A DNA stretch of 64,000 nucleotides from the human T2T-CHM13v2.0 reference genome, Homo sapiens. Every line of letters starts with the position of its first letter. Position 1 is the stretch's first letter. The position numbers and the translations under genes were made by a program. Under the pieces are notes generated by a model. The model did no database searches, was not told where the DNA came from, and was given only the letters and a program-made list of their open reading frames with translations. Location: the NCBI RefSeq assembly GCF_009914755.1, contig NC_060925.1; one strand, 5' to 3'. Of this stretch, positions 1-16,962 are shown piece after piece.

Positions 1-2260
<2,260 letters not shown>

Positions 2261-2261
2261 T

Positions 2262-3590
<1,329 letters not shown>

Positions 3591-3594
3591 AAAA

Positions 3595-4182
3595 AACCGT
3601 TTATTTTAAGTTCTGGAGCACATGTGCAGGTGTAGGCTTGTAATATAAGTAAACTTGTGTCACGGTGATTTGTTGTACAGATTATTTTTTCACCCAGGTA
3701 TTAAGCATAGTACCCATTAGTTATTTTTCCTGATCCTCTCCCTCTTCCCCTTCTGCACCCTTCAATAGGACCCAGTGTGTGTTGGTCCCCTCTGTGTGTC
3801 CATGTGTTCTCATCATTTAGCTCCCACTTGTAAGTGAGAACATGTGGGATTTGGTTTTCTGTTCCTGAATTAGTTTGCTAAAGGTGATGGCCTCCAGCTC
3901 CATCAATGTTTCTGCAAAGAATACGATCTCATTTTTTTATAGCTGCATAGAATTCCACAGTGTATATGTACCACATTTTCTTTATCCAGTTTACCACTGA
4001 TGGACATTTAGGTTAATTTCATGTGTTTGCTATTGTGAATAATGCTGCAATGAACATATGCATGCATGTGTCTTTATAATAGAATGATTTGTATTCCTTT
4101 GGGTATATATCCAGTAATGGGATTGCTGGGTCAAATGGTATTTCTGTTTTTAGGTCTTTGAGGAAATCACTACACTGTCTTT
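3595..4182 (-). mobile_element. Old L1PA 3' end (ORF2 end plus 3' UTR)
   Basis: Minus ORF EIPFDPAIPLLDIYPKEYKSFYYKDTCMHMFIAALFTIA, followed by a typical L1 3' UTR. Confidence 0.9.
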
Positions 4183-4639
4183 GGTTACATTGGTTTTGCA
4201 TCAAAAACTATCAATTTGGAGTTCTTTAGCCAGGAGAAATATCTTCAAAAATTGAGATGAAATAAACTCTTGTTCAGACTGTCCAAAGCTGGGAAAATGT
4301 ATCACTAGCATACTTTTACCACCAGTAAATACTATATATAGCTTCAGGTATATAAAAAGTTATCAGATGAAAATTTGCATCTACACAAAAATATGATGAG
4401 AAAATAACATGCTAGATAGAAGTGTAAATATAAAATTCATTTTCTTTCATTTAAAAAACCTTTGAAAGATAATTGATGGCTTAAAGCAAAAATAATAATA
4501 AAGAATTGTATGTTTAGAATAGTTGAAGTAAAATATGTAGCAATAATAGTATAAATAATAGGTAATAAGGATTTTCATTATATATTAAATTATATAATAT
4601 ATGAATGGTGACAGTTATATATTATACATCATATCTAGA

Positions 4640-4838
4640 TCTATGTTAGCTAATGAAGTAATCTTTAGCTATATGTATTTACTTTCAAATTAATTATGAT
4701 TCAATAAATGTAAAAGTTCAGTACCCTGTTTATATTACCTACATTTTAATGTTTAATTAATAGTCACATGTTGTTGACATTGTATTGGATTGAACAGACA
4801 TGGAATATTTCCATTATCCCAGAAAGTTGCCCTAAACA
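4640..4838 (-). mobile_element. MER3-like hAT-Charlie fossil
   Basis: Resembles the recalled MER3 reverse strand (AAAAGTTCAGT...AATAGTCACATG...ATTTCCATTATCCCAGAAAGTT); highly diverged. Confidence 0.6.
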
Positions 4839-4989
4839 AACATTAGTAAGCCAAAAGTGAGGTAAGTGGAAACATTAAAAGAATACTTAATTAATGCTTT
4901 TAAGAAGGCGGTAAAAAGAAAAAAATAGTTTAAGAGAAGATGTTGTCAGATTGGATTAAAAACTAAGACCAACTTATACATAACCTATA

Positions 4990-6680
4990 AGGATGGTATA
5001 AGTCTAGAAGAATCTTAGGAGAAAATTTTTGTGACCTTAGACAAAGATCTTTTAATCACAGATGTTAAAAGACGAATTCAATACATTATACTTTAAGAAA
5101 ATTAAAAACATTTGCTCTTCAAAAGGCCTTTTAAGGAAACAGATAAAGACTACTAAGTCAAAAAAATTAGCAAAACATATAACTGACAAATACTTTCATT
5201 GTAATGCAAGAATAATTCAAATACTTAAAAAGAAATAAATCCAATTTAAAAATGGGCAAAATATTTGATTAGATCTCAACAAAGAAGTTTTACAAATTGA
5301 AAATAAATAAAAAGATGTTAAACCTCAATAGTCCTTAGGGAAATGCAAGTTAAAATCAACAAGATACCACTATATGCCCTCTAAAATTATCACATCAAAA
5401 GACTGACATTATTAATAATTTGTGAAGTTATAGATCAATGGAAATTCTCACAGATTGTTTGTTGGAATGTAAAATCATTCAGCCACTTAGGAAAGTTTTC
5501 CAATTTTGCAAAACTTAAGCATAAAATTTCATATTTTCCACTTATAATCTCCCCAACCCAACCCTCATCTCCTAAAGAGAAACAAAAGTCTGTGTTCACA
5601 AGAAAACTTGAACATTCATAGCAGCTTTATTACTAATAGTCCAATGTTGGGAAAAAGGCTTATGGGGTGGCTGTATAAACTGGCCATAAAAATATGGGAC
5701 AATAAGTTGCGGAAAGCCACAGGAGGCCTCTGAGGAGGAAAGCCTCCTTATTGCCGTCACATTCCCTTGACCAGAGCGTGACCTGCTCTCTTATCTATAA
5801 ACACTGTGCTCAAGGAGAGACACTCCTTTGAAGCATTGGAGTGTGGCCAGATATGCCGGCTCCTAGTTAAGCCCACTCCTCACAGCTGCTCTCCGGTAAG
5901 TTAAAGAATAAATCAGTAGTTAAGTTTATGTTGCTTCAGCACAAAAAAAAATTTACCTAAACCACCACTGCTATAGATTAGGTGTATGACACACCGTCTC
6001 CCTTTCACCGTTTCACCCCTAAACATCTGCTTCTTAGATCTAAGTGATTGTACTCAATAAATATATTGTGTGGAGACTAGAGCTTGGCGCCTTTGCAGCC
6101 TCCAAAAGTGCATTGAACCCCTGGCGCCCCACTCTTTTTGTATTCTCAACCTGTCTCTTCTCATTCCTTCGTCCTCACCAAACTTCGGATACCCTACGGG
6201 TGGTGAGGCTGATCCCCAACAGTCCAAACTAAAAATCACCCAGATTTCTATTAACTGATGAATAGAAAAACAATTGTGTTACATCCATATGATGGAATGT
6301 CACTCAGTAATTCCATGTAACTGATGCGTGAAACAAAGTGGAAGATAGTCTCAAAGACATTATGGTAAGGGAAAGTAGCCTGACACATAAGACTACATAT
6401 TGGATGATTCCATTTATGTGAACTGGTATACAAGGCAAAGCTAAAGGAGCAGAAAGAATATTAATTGCTGGTGACTAAGGGTAGGGGGATGGGTAGGAGA
6501 TTTGATGTTAAGGGGCATGAAGACACTTTATGGGTTGATGAAAATGTCCTAATGAACAAAAACATTCATATTAATTGTTTTTGCTGAAGAATATACCCAT
6601 TTTCAAAATTCGTTGAACAGTACCCTTAAAAAGGTGAATTTCATTGAATGGAATTACCCTAAAAACATATTTTTAAAAAG
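4990..6680 (+). mobile_element. Old L1M (L1ME-like) 3' portion, split by the LTR at 5645-6221
   Basis: AAAATGGGCAAAA, GGGAAATGCAAGTTAAAATC, CATAGCAGCTTTATT and GATTCCATTTAT are L1M 3' motifs that continue across the LTR. Confidence 0.8.
5645..6221 (+). mobile_element. Solo LTR, LTR14B/C-like (ERVK class)
   Basis: TGTTGGG...CCCAACA inverted termini, exact 6-bp TSD GTCCAA (5639-5644 and 6222-6227), AATAAA near 6056. The 5' sequence matches recalled LTR14-type consensus. Confidence 0.85.
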
Positions 6681-7164
6681 GTATTGTAATATCAATGAGA
6701 AAGAAGTGAAAAGTAATTTCTAGTGAAAGCTCTGATGAGGAAATATAGAAAAGCTTCTCTTTTAATGCTTAAAATCTTGAAAATATAATGATGTACTTTC
6801 TTAATTTTTATTGGTGTTTCCTGAAGCTTGGGCCATTCATTGACTTTGAACTTTCTCATCTACAAATGAGTCAATTATAATTAGATGGTGAGTTTATTTT
6901 AATGAACAAATGTCCGTGTCTTTATAGAAAAATTGAAAGGGTCAGAGAAAGTGGAGGGAGAGAGTAAGGAAATCAAAAAATCTATAACTGAAAAGATAGA
7001 ACAAAAATATAAGCAACTAGAAGAGATGAAAAACTAATAGACAACAAAGTCAGAAGAAAAATATTCATAAAGGAGGAATTGGAAGCACCAAATAGTCAAA
7101 ATGTATTCAAAATTCCCATTTTCATTTCTATGTCTGAACATATACTTATTCAATTATTCTTTTG

Positions 7165-7500
7165 ACAAATTTATTGAGCACCTAATGTGTGCCATAGTTG
7201 AATGTACACATGAAATATTAGTAAACTAAACAGACAAAAATTCCTCCTGGAATCTTCACTTTTGTGGGAGAAAACTATAGACATGAACAAATACATACAT
7301 GCGAGGGCAAAACAGTATTCTGAAAACAAAAATAAATAAACCAATGAGAAAATTGATAGCAGAGACAGGGCGGTTCAGGAAGCCTTCTTTAATGAGCGAT
7401 TTTAATGAAGTTAGGAAATCATCCTTGTGTATTCTAGGTCAAGGAAGCAACAGAAAAGAAACTAAGGCAGGAGAGGCTTTGATAGTTTTAGGTACAGAAG
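7165..7500 (-). mobile_element. L2 3' fragment
   Basis: CAAATTTATTGAGCACCTAATGTGTGCCA is the typical antisense L2 tail. Confidence 0.55.
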
Positions 7501-7631
7501 AAGGCAATTTATTACATAACTCTTATTCTGTTTTAGATCTTTCCACTGCAGCGGGGTTAGCCTCTCCAAAGAATGCTAGACTTATAACCTCCTTCCTCCC
7601 AAAAATTCAGATATGTGGAAATTTCATGAGA

Positions 7632-7866
7632 TATCACAACAGGGAGACAATAGTCAATAATAAATTAATTGTACATTTTAAAATAACTTAAAGAGTGTAA
7701 CTGGATTGTTTCTAACACAAACGATAAATGTTTGAGGAGATGGATACTCCATTCTCCATGATGCACTTACTTCACATTGCATGCCTATATCAAAACATCT
7801 CATGCACCCAATAAATTATACACCTACTGTGTACCTACAAAAATTAAAAATAAAAACAAAAAAGAA
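7632..7866 (+). mobile_element. L1MA-type 3' UTR fragment with A tail
   Basis: ATAGTCAATAATAAATTAATTGTACATTTTAAAATAACT...ACATTGCATGCCT; possible degenerate TSD around ATGAGA. Confidence 0.8.
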
Positions 7867-10303
7867 AATTATGAGAAAATTTCAGCTCTGAGAAACTGGC
7901 CTGATCAGTGATATTATTAAAAGGGTATCTGGTCCTGGCCTACTTGTCTTGCTCCAATGTCCTTGACACCCTGGCTAGTCTCTTCCCATTCTTAACTTGA
8001 CAGTGCATTTGAGAAAGAGGTCAAATATCCTGAAAGAGATGTGCAGCCACCAAAACTTCTTCCAACTTAAGACCTGTTGGAGTGAGAGAACCTGAACAGG
8101 GAAAGAGAATTTGAATTGAAATTTAGTTTGGTTATTTGTTGACTTGACAACAAATAATGCTTGAGAAGTTAGATTCCCTTTGTGGTACTATCGCAAAAGA
8201 ACAGAGGTGGGGTCTAGGATTCTAATTTATAAGAGTAAGCAGTTACTGTATTTGGGTCTAGAAATGTGTGACCTCAATCCCTGAGAGCAAAAACTGTCTT
8301 TATGTGGAAGAGAGAACCACACAAAAGAATGCTGGTTCAATATCCTCTATGTCTTCCCTTCTTGGGAATTTGAACCAAGCAGTATTTTTTTTTCAGACAT
8401 AGACAAATTGGCATTTTAAGGATTTCTGAAGGTAAAGATTCAAGATGTTTTTCAAGAGCGCACAGGTATAGATTATATGTCAGCATTCTGAAATGGTTTC
8501 CAGGGTTATGAAAAAAAATCTCTGCCTTGATCATTTAGGGCCTAGATTTTTAGTGATAGAGTAGGACTATTTGTGAGGACATGGAACGACACAGTATCAG
8601 GGCTGAGTAGGATTTAGTTTAAGCTTTCAATCTAAGATAAAATGACAGGTCTAGAGAAGTGTGGGGTGGTTAGTTGTCAGGCTCTGAATGTAGGCATTAT
8701 CTTAGGTCACAAATTTTGTCTCTCTGCCTTTCTCTCTCTCTCATCTCTCATCTGTCTAGTTTATTATTTTTAAGCATACAATTTCAGCAGTTTTCACTGT
8801 TTGCAAAGTTCTGCAAGTGTCATAATTATTTAATTCCAGAACATTTTTATCATCCTCTAAAGAAACCTCATACTGATAAGCAGCCACTCCCCACTGCCCT
8901 CTCTCCCTACACTCAGCCCTAGGCAATCACAAATTTACTTTCGGTATCGAAAGATTTGCTTATTCTGAACATTTCATAAAAATTGAATCATACAATATTT
9001 GGTTTTCTGTGTTTTGCCAATTTTACTTACTATAATGTTTCAAGGATCATTTATGTTGCATCATATGTCAGTGCTTAATTTATTTTATGGTTATATCATA
9101 CTTTGTTCATTTGTTCATTGTTCATGGATACTTGGCTTGTTTTCATTTTTAGCTATTATAGATAATGCTGTTATAAACACTTGTGTTTAAGATTTTTGTG
9201 TACTTGTGTTTTCAATTCCCTTGGGTAAACCTAGCAGGAAAATTACAGGGTAAACTAATTTTTTGAAGAATTGCCATGCTGTTTTCCAAAGCAGCTGTAC
9301 CATTTTATATTCTCATCAAGATTACAAGAGAGTTCCAATTTCCCCACATCCTCACTGACGCTTGTTACTATCTTTCTTTCTTTTTTCTTTAGTTGTAACA
9401 TCCCTAGTGGATGTGCAGTGTATCTTATTGTGGTTTCGATTTCAATTTGTTCAAAATTAATTGAGTATACATGTAAAGGTTTATTTCTGAACTCTCAATT
9501 CTATTCAAGTGATTTATATGTCTATCCTGAAGTCAGTACCATGCTATCTTGATTACCATAGCTTCACAGTAAATTGCTAAACTGAAAAATGTAATTTGTT
9601 CAACTTTATTCTTCTTTACCCCCAATTTTTGGCTATTTTCTGTCTCTTTCATTTCCACACACACTTTACGATCATTTTGTCAATTTCTGCAAAAAACCAG
9701 CTGGTATTTTTGTAAAAAGTGTCTTGAATCTGTATATGAATTTGGGGACTACTGCCATCTATTAACAGTTCTCCGATTCATGAATATAAAATATCTTTGA
9801 ATTTAAGTTTTCTTTAATTTCTTTAACCGGTGTTTTACAGTTTTTAGTGTATAAGTTGTATTTATTTTGTTAAATTTATTCTTATGTATTTTATTCTTTT
9901 TGATGCTATTGTAAATGAAATTGTTTTCTTAATTTCATTTTGGATTGTTCATTGTTAGAGAAATACAACTGATTTTTGTGTATTGACCTTGCAACCTGCA
10001 ATATTGCTGAAATCAGTTATTAGTTCTAACATTTGTGTATGTGTGTGTGTGTTTGTGTGTGTGTATGTATTGCTTAGGTTTATCTATACACAAGATCATG
10101 TCACTTGCAAATGCAGGTAGTTTTAATTCTCCCTGTGTAGAACCTCTGATGCAATGTTGAATGGAAGTAGTGAAAGCAGACATCTTTGTTCCTAACCTTA
10201 GGGGTAAAACATCCAGTTTTTTACCAGAAAGCATGATGTTAGCTGTGGATACTCCATAAATGCCCTTTGTCAGACTGAAGAAGTTCCCTTACTGTTCTAG
10301 TTT

Positions 10304-10304
<1 letters not shown>

Positions 10305-10342
<38 letters not shown>
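10305..10342. repeat. (TG)n microsatellite; a second imperfect run lies at about 10035-10068
   Basis: Directly visible. Confidence 0.95.
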
Positions 10343-10343
<1 letters not shown>

Positions 10344-12745
10344 TTTAATTAGGAAGTGGTGTGGGATTTTGTCCAATACATTTTCTGCATCTACTGAGAT
10401 TATCATGTGATTTTTGTCCTTTATCTTATTATCATATATTACATAGATTGATTTTTATATGTTGAAGCATTCTTGCATCCACTTGTCATGGTATATAAGG
10501 CTTCTTATTTGTTGCTAGATTTAGTTTATTAGTATTTTATTGAAGATTTTTGTGTCTATATGCGAAAAAAAAAGGAAACAAATTGCCGTATAGTTTTATT
10601 GTCTTGTGATGTTGTAATGTATTTTTCTGGTTTTATTATCAGGTGATATTGGTCTCATAGAATGAGGTGGAACGTATTCTCTCTGCTTCTCCTTTTTGAA
10701 AGTTTGTGGAAGTTTAAAATTAATAATTCTTTGAGTGCTGCTAAGATTTGCCATGAAGCCATCTGGTCCTAGTTTTTTATAAATTATGAATTCAATAATT
10801 TTCTGGTTATATGTCTATTTGTATTTTCTATTTATTCCTGAGTTAGTTTCAGTAGTTTGTGTATTTCTAGAAATTTGTCTACTTCATCCAGGTTAGCTAG
10901 TTTGTTAATACAAATTGTTCATAATATTCCCTTATAATCCTTTTTATTTTTGTAGGTCAGTAGTGAGGTCTTCTTTTTTATTTCTGATTTTGGTAATTTG
11001 CATTTCTCTCTCTCCCCTTTTTTGGTCAGTCTAGCTAAAGATTTGTCAATTTTGTTGATGCTCTTAAAGAACCAACTTTTGAGCTTGTCAATTTTCTCTA
11101 TTGTTTTTTATTCCCAGTTTTCTTCTTTCTCTGGCTTTGGACTTAGTTTGTTCTTATTCTTTGTAATTTTATAAGGTAGAATGGCAAGTTATTAATTTGA
11201 GATATCCCTTATTTTTAATATAGGTATTTTCATCTACAAATTCACCCCAGGCACTGTATTAGCTGCATGTCATATATTTTGTCATATATTTTGAGTTTCA
11301 TTTTTATTAATCTTCAAGTATTTTTAAATTTCCCATTTGCTTTCTTTTTTGATTCATTAGTTATTTGGGAGCATGTAGTTTAACTTCCACATATTTGTAC
11401 AATTTTCTATTTTTCTTTTGTTATTGATTTCTAGCTTTATTCTATTATGAATTAGAGAACATATTTTATATGATTTCCATGCTTTTTAATTTATTGCGTC
11501 TTGTTTTATGTCCTAGGTCTGTCTTCAAGTACGTCCCATGTACAGTTGAGAAAATTTATGTTTTGTTTTGCTGGAGTATTCTACAGATGTCTAAGTGTGT
11601 TTAGTTTATAGTGTTTCACTTTTATATATCCTTGCTGTTTTATTGTTTGTTTGTTCTATCAGTTATTGAAGTGGGGTATTGAAACCTTTGTCTATTATTG
11701 TTGTATTGTCTTTTTCCACTTCAATATTGCCAGTTTTCAATTCATATATTTTAAGACTCTGTTGTTTGATGAATGTATGCTTACATTTGTTAAGTCCTTT
11801 TGATAGATTGAATCTTTTGTCATTATAAAATATCCTACTTTATCTCTAAAAACAATTTTTGTCTTAAAGTCTATTTAGTCTGATATTAACATAATCACTA
11901 CTGCTCTCTTTTGGTTACTGTTTCAAGTGGTATAGCTTTTCCATCTTTTTACTTTTAACTAACTTTTGTCTTTGAGTCTGAAATACATCTCTTGTGGAAA
12001 GCATGTAGCTGGATGTTTTAATCATTCTTATTAATTCTATTGTTGAGAGGCTCTTTTTACCCTAGGATTATGAGGATGACTAACCACACAACACTCAGTG
12101 CGTTCTGTTAATTTCTGTTTCGAATTGATATTTAGATTGAAATATCAATCAATTTATATTACTTATAAGACAGATTTATATCTGACATTTTGCTATTTGT
12201 TTTCTATATATCTTATGTCTTCTCATTCCTCAATTGCTACATTTTTTGCAATAAATAGATGTTTTATTGTGTATACCTTGAATTTCTTTGTCATTTCTTT
12301 TACTATATATATTTTTAGTTATACACAGTGTTTGACCTGGGGATTGCAATTAGTTTCTTAATTCACAACAATCTGTTTCAGATTGATATCAATTTAATTT
12401 CAATTGTATTCAAAGTATTTGCTTCTATATATCTCTCCTCCTCTTTGCTTTGTATTCTTATTATCATATCGGTTATGTCTTTATTTATGATAAGCCCATC
12501 AACACAGGCTCTTGAAATTTTGATTATTATGCCTCTAGATATAGATTTCTTTAAGTTTATACTATGTAAAGTTTGTTGAGCTTCTTGCATATACTTGGGT
12601 ATACAGATTTGTGCTTTTATCAAATCTGGAAAGCTTTTGCTTATTTATCCAGGTATTCATTCTTCCTCTTTATCTCTCTCATCTCCTTCTAGAACGTCAT
12701 TATGTATCTATTGGTCTGCTTGATGGTGTCCCGTGGGTCTCTAGG

Positions 12746-13150
12746 TGTATTAGTAGTCTGTTCTTGCACTGCTATAAAGAAATACCTGGGTAATTTATTT
12801 TAAAAAAGGTTTAATTGGTTCATGGTTCTACAGGCTGTACAGGAAGCATAGAGGTTTCTGCGCAGCTTCTGGGGAGGCCTCAGGAAACTTTCAGTCATGG
12901 CAGAAGGCAAAGAGGAAGCAGACAAGACTTACATGTCCTGAGCCAGAGAAAATGAGATCAAAGTAGGAGGTGCCACACACTTTTAAACAACCAGATCTCA
13001 TAAGAACTCTATCAAGAGAACAGCACTAGGGGGATGGTGCTAGACTATTAGAAACCATCCCCATGATCCAATCACCTCCCACTAGGCTCCACTTCCATCA
13101 TTACAATTCAACATGAGATTTGGGCAGGGACACAGATCCAATTCACATCA
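12746..13150 (-). mobile_element. MSTA-like MaLR solo LTR
   Basis: TGTATTAG...GCTATAAAGAAATACCTG...GGGGAGGCCTCAGGAAACTT...GAGATTTGGGCAGGGACACAGATCCA; 5-bp TSD CTAGG/CTGGG. Confidence 0.9.
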
Positions 13151-13303
13151 CTGGGGTTCTGTTCATTTTTCTTCATTCTTTTTTTCTCTTTTTCCCAGAC
13201 TAGACAATTTCAATTGTCCTCAAGTTTGCAGATTTTTTTTTTGCCATTTCATATTTAATGTTGAGACTCTAGTAAAATTTTTATTTCAGTTATTGGATTT
13301 TAA

Positions 13304-13736
<433 letters not shown>

Positions 13737-14034
13737 TGACATTTTCTACATGGTGAGACATTGTTCTTATGTTTTCCTTAGTTCTTTAGAAATAATATGT
13801 CTAATTCTTTAAACTATTTGCAATAGCTCATTTAAAAGATTTATCTAGTAACGTTCATGTTTGGATTTCCTAAGGGACAGTTTCTACTTACTACTTTATC
13901 TTTCTGTGCACAGGCCATAATTTCTAGTCTATTTGCATTTTGAAAAGTTGATTTTGACAATTTTTGCCAGTGTTATTGCTTCTTATATGAAAGAATGAAT
14001 TTTCAGAGGTTCTTAATCCATCATTCTATTTTTA

Positions 14035-14232
14035 AAAATATTTTATTTTATTTTAAGTTCTGGGATACATGTGCAGGATGTGCAGGTTTGTTGTATAAAT
14101 GTGTGCCTGGTGGTTTACTGAACCTATCAACTCATCACCTAGGTATTAAGCCCAGTATGTATTAGCTATTTTTCCTAATGCTTTCCCTCACCCAGTCTCC
14201 ACCCTCCACCGTCAGGCCCCCGTGTGTGTTGT
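14035..14232 (-). mobile_element. Short L1PA 3' UTR fragment
   Basis: TTTTAAGTTCTGGGATACATGTGCAGGATGTGCAGGTTTG antisense L1PA terminus. Confidence 0.85.
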
Positions 14233-14429
14233 CATATCTGGGAGGAGGGGCCTCTACACATCCCCATTCTCTTTTTCTTCTCTTTGGGAACTGACAAGTC
14301 ACAAGAGGTTAAAACATTAGGGGAGAACTGAAGGTGTCTGACTATGCCAGTTCATTGGGTACAGAGAAGTCTGTCTAATTGGAGGGTTTAGTGTTCCTCC
14401 AACTTAGCCATAAACACTAATAAAGATAG

Positions 14430-14763
14430 TTTTTTTTTTTTTTTTTGAGACAGGGTTTCACTCTGTCACCCAGGCTAGAGTGCAGTGGTGAGATCACAAC
14501 TCACTGCACCCCTACCATCCTGGCTCAAGCGATTCTCCCACCTCAGCCCCACTATCCTCGCTCAAGCAATTCTCCCACCTCTGCTTCCCAGGTATCTGGG
14601 ACCACAGGCGTACACCACCACACCCACCTAATTTTATAATTATTGTAGAGATAAGGTCTTGCTACTTTGCCCAGGCTGAACTCAAATTCCTAGGCTCAAG
14701 GGATCCTCCTCCTTTGGCCTCCCAAAGTGCTGGGATCACAGGCATGAGCCACAAAGTCTGTCC
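14430..14763 (-). mobile_element. AluJ SINE with an internal ~38-bp tandem duplication
   Basis: Antisense Alu with GGCTCAAG J-type motifs; flanked by AAAGAT on both sides. Confidence 0.88.
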
Positions 14764-15624
14764 AAAGATGAGATTTTGATTTTCATTCTGTTGTCTGATT
14801 TGTTTTACTTCTCAAGTGGCTTAAGAACATGGTCAGGCATAAGAGTAGTGATATATGGCTTCATAAAACCCCCAACATAGTATCAGTTACAATCAGGTAC
14901 TACAGATTACTGAATTTTTATAATCAATGTAATTTAAATGAAGGAAATGTATTCAAGAAAAACAAAAACAAGAGGACATGTTTTCTTTTCCCTCATTGGT
15001 TAATATTTTTGGTGAATAGTAATTATAGAGTTAATACATGTTCATTATAGAACTTTTATAAAATACAGGTAATTATAAAGTAAGCCATAACTCTGGAGAA
15101 AATAATTTGAAAGTATCACTTAAAATCTCTCTAGAATTTTTTTACATACACACATACACACTTATCTTTCTATCATTAATTATATCTTTATTAATATAGT
15201 TGTTCATAATATCAAACTATGCTACAATTTTATATTCTACCTTTTAATTTAATATTATAATTATTTTGTACCATTGTTTTCTTTCAAAATATGACTTGCA
15301 ATATCTGTATAGTATTCCCTTTCATAGGTAAACCATACTTTACTTAAATATTCCAGTTATTTGGAAAATGTACATGCTTTTAAAATTAAATATGCTTAAT
15401 TGAATATGTGTGTGCATATAGCTTCATAAATTATAACCCTAATACACACTCCTATATTTGAAATTATAGAGACAAGGGAACTATTTCTAAATTGACTTCC
15501 AGAGTTTGAAATAACTTATATAACCACAGGCAGTATTATACAATTTCTTATGTCACTTATGTGATGGGTAATATCTCACATAAATAACCAATTAAAATTT
15601 TTGGGTATCTTAATCTTGTCTAAA

Positions 15625-16930
15625 TTTTAATTTTTTAATTTAACTTTTATTTTAAGTTCAGGGGTACATGTGTAGGTTTATTATATAGGTAATCTTGTAT
15701 TATGGGGGTTTGTTGTACAGATTATTTTGTCACCCAGGTATCAAGCCTATTACCCATTAGTTATTTCTCCTGATCCTCTACCTCCTCCCACCCTGCACCC
15801 TCTAATGGGCCCCTACTGTGTTCCCTACTGTGTGTCCAAGAGTTCTCATCATTTAGCTCCTACTTACAAGTGAGAATATGTGGTATTTGGTTTTCTGTTC
15901 TTGCATTAGTTTGCTAAAGGTGATGGCCTCCAGTCCCATCCATGTTCCCGGAAAGGACATGATCTAATTTTTTTTTATGGCTGCATAGTATTTCATGTTG
16001 TATATGTAGCACATTTTCTTTATCCAGTCTATTATTGATGGGCATTGTGGTTGGTTCCATGTCTTCGCTATTGTAAATAGTGCTGCAATAAACATACATG
16101 TGCATGTGTCTTTATAGTAGAATGATTTATATTCCTTTAGGTATATACCCAGTAATGGGATTGCTGGGTCAAATGGTATTTCTGTTTTTAAGTCTTTGAG
16201 GAATCGTTACACTGTCTTTTACATAGATTGAACTAATATACACTCCCAACAACATTGAATACGTGTTCCTTTTTCTCCACAACCTCACCAGCATCTGTTA
16301 TTTTTTTACATTTTAGTAATAGCCATTTGGAGTGGTGTTAGATGGTAACAAAATTAGACGTTACTTCACACCAGTTAGAATGGCTATTATTATGGACACA
16401 GGAACATCACACTCCGGGGAATGTTGTGGGTGGGGGGAGGGGGGAGGGATAGCATTAGGAGATATACCTAATGCTAAATGATGAGTTAATGGGTGCAGCA
16501 CACCAACATGTCACATGTATACATATGTAACAAACCTGCACGTTGTGCACATGTACCCTAAAACTTAAAGTATAATAATAATAAAATAAAATAAAATAAA
16601 ATAAAACCACTCATTGTGGATTCGATTTTCATTTCTCTAATGATCAGTGAGCCTTTTTTTCATATGATTGTTGGCTGCATGTATGTTTTCTTTTGAAAAG
16701 TGTCTGTTCACATCCTTTGCCCACTTTTAAATGGAGTTGTTTGTTTTCATCTTGTAAATATGTTTAAGTTCCTTATAGATGCTGAATATTAGACCTTTGT
16801 CAGTTGTATGGTTTGCCAAAAATGTTTTCATTCTGTAGGTTGTTTGTTCACTCTGTTGATAATTTCTTTTGCTGTGCAGAAGCTTGTCAGTTTAATTACA
16901 TCCCATTTGTCAATTTTTGTTTTTTAATAT
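15625..16930 (-). mobile_element. Old L1PA 3' portion, host of a nested younger L1
   Basis: Antisense 3' UTR and ORF2 end; same type as 3595-4182. Confidence 0.9.
16348..16609 (+). mobile_element. Nested L1PA4/5-like 3' end with (TAAAA)n tail
   Basis: GGGAGGGATAGCATTAGGAGATATACCTAATGCTAAATGATGAGTTAATGGGTGCAGCACACCAACATG...CCCTAAAACTTAAAGTATAATAATAA. Confidence 0.92.
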
Positions 16931-16962
16931 CTTTTTAAAAATTGCTGAGGTTTATTGGCTCC

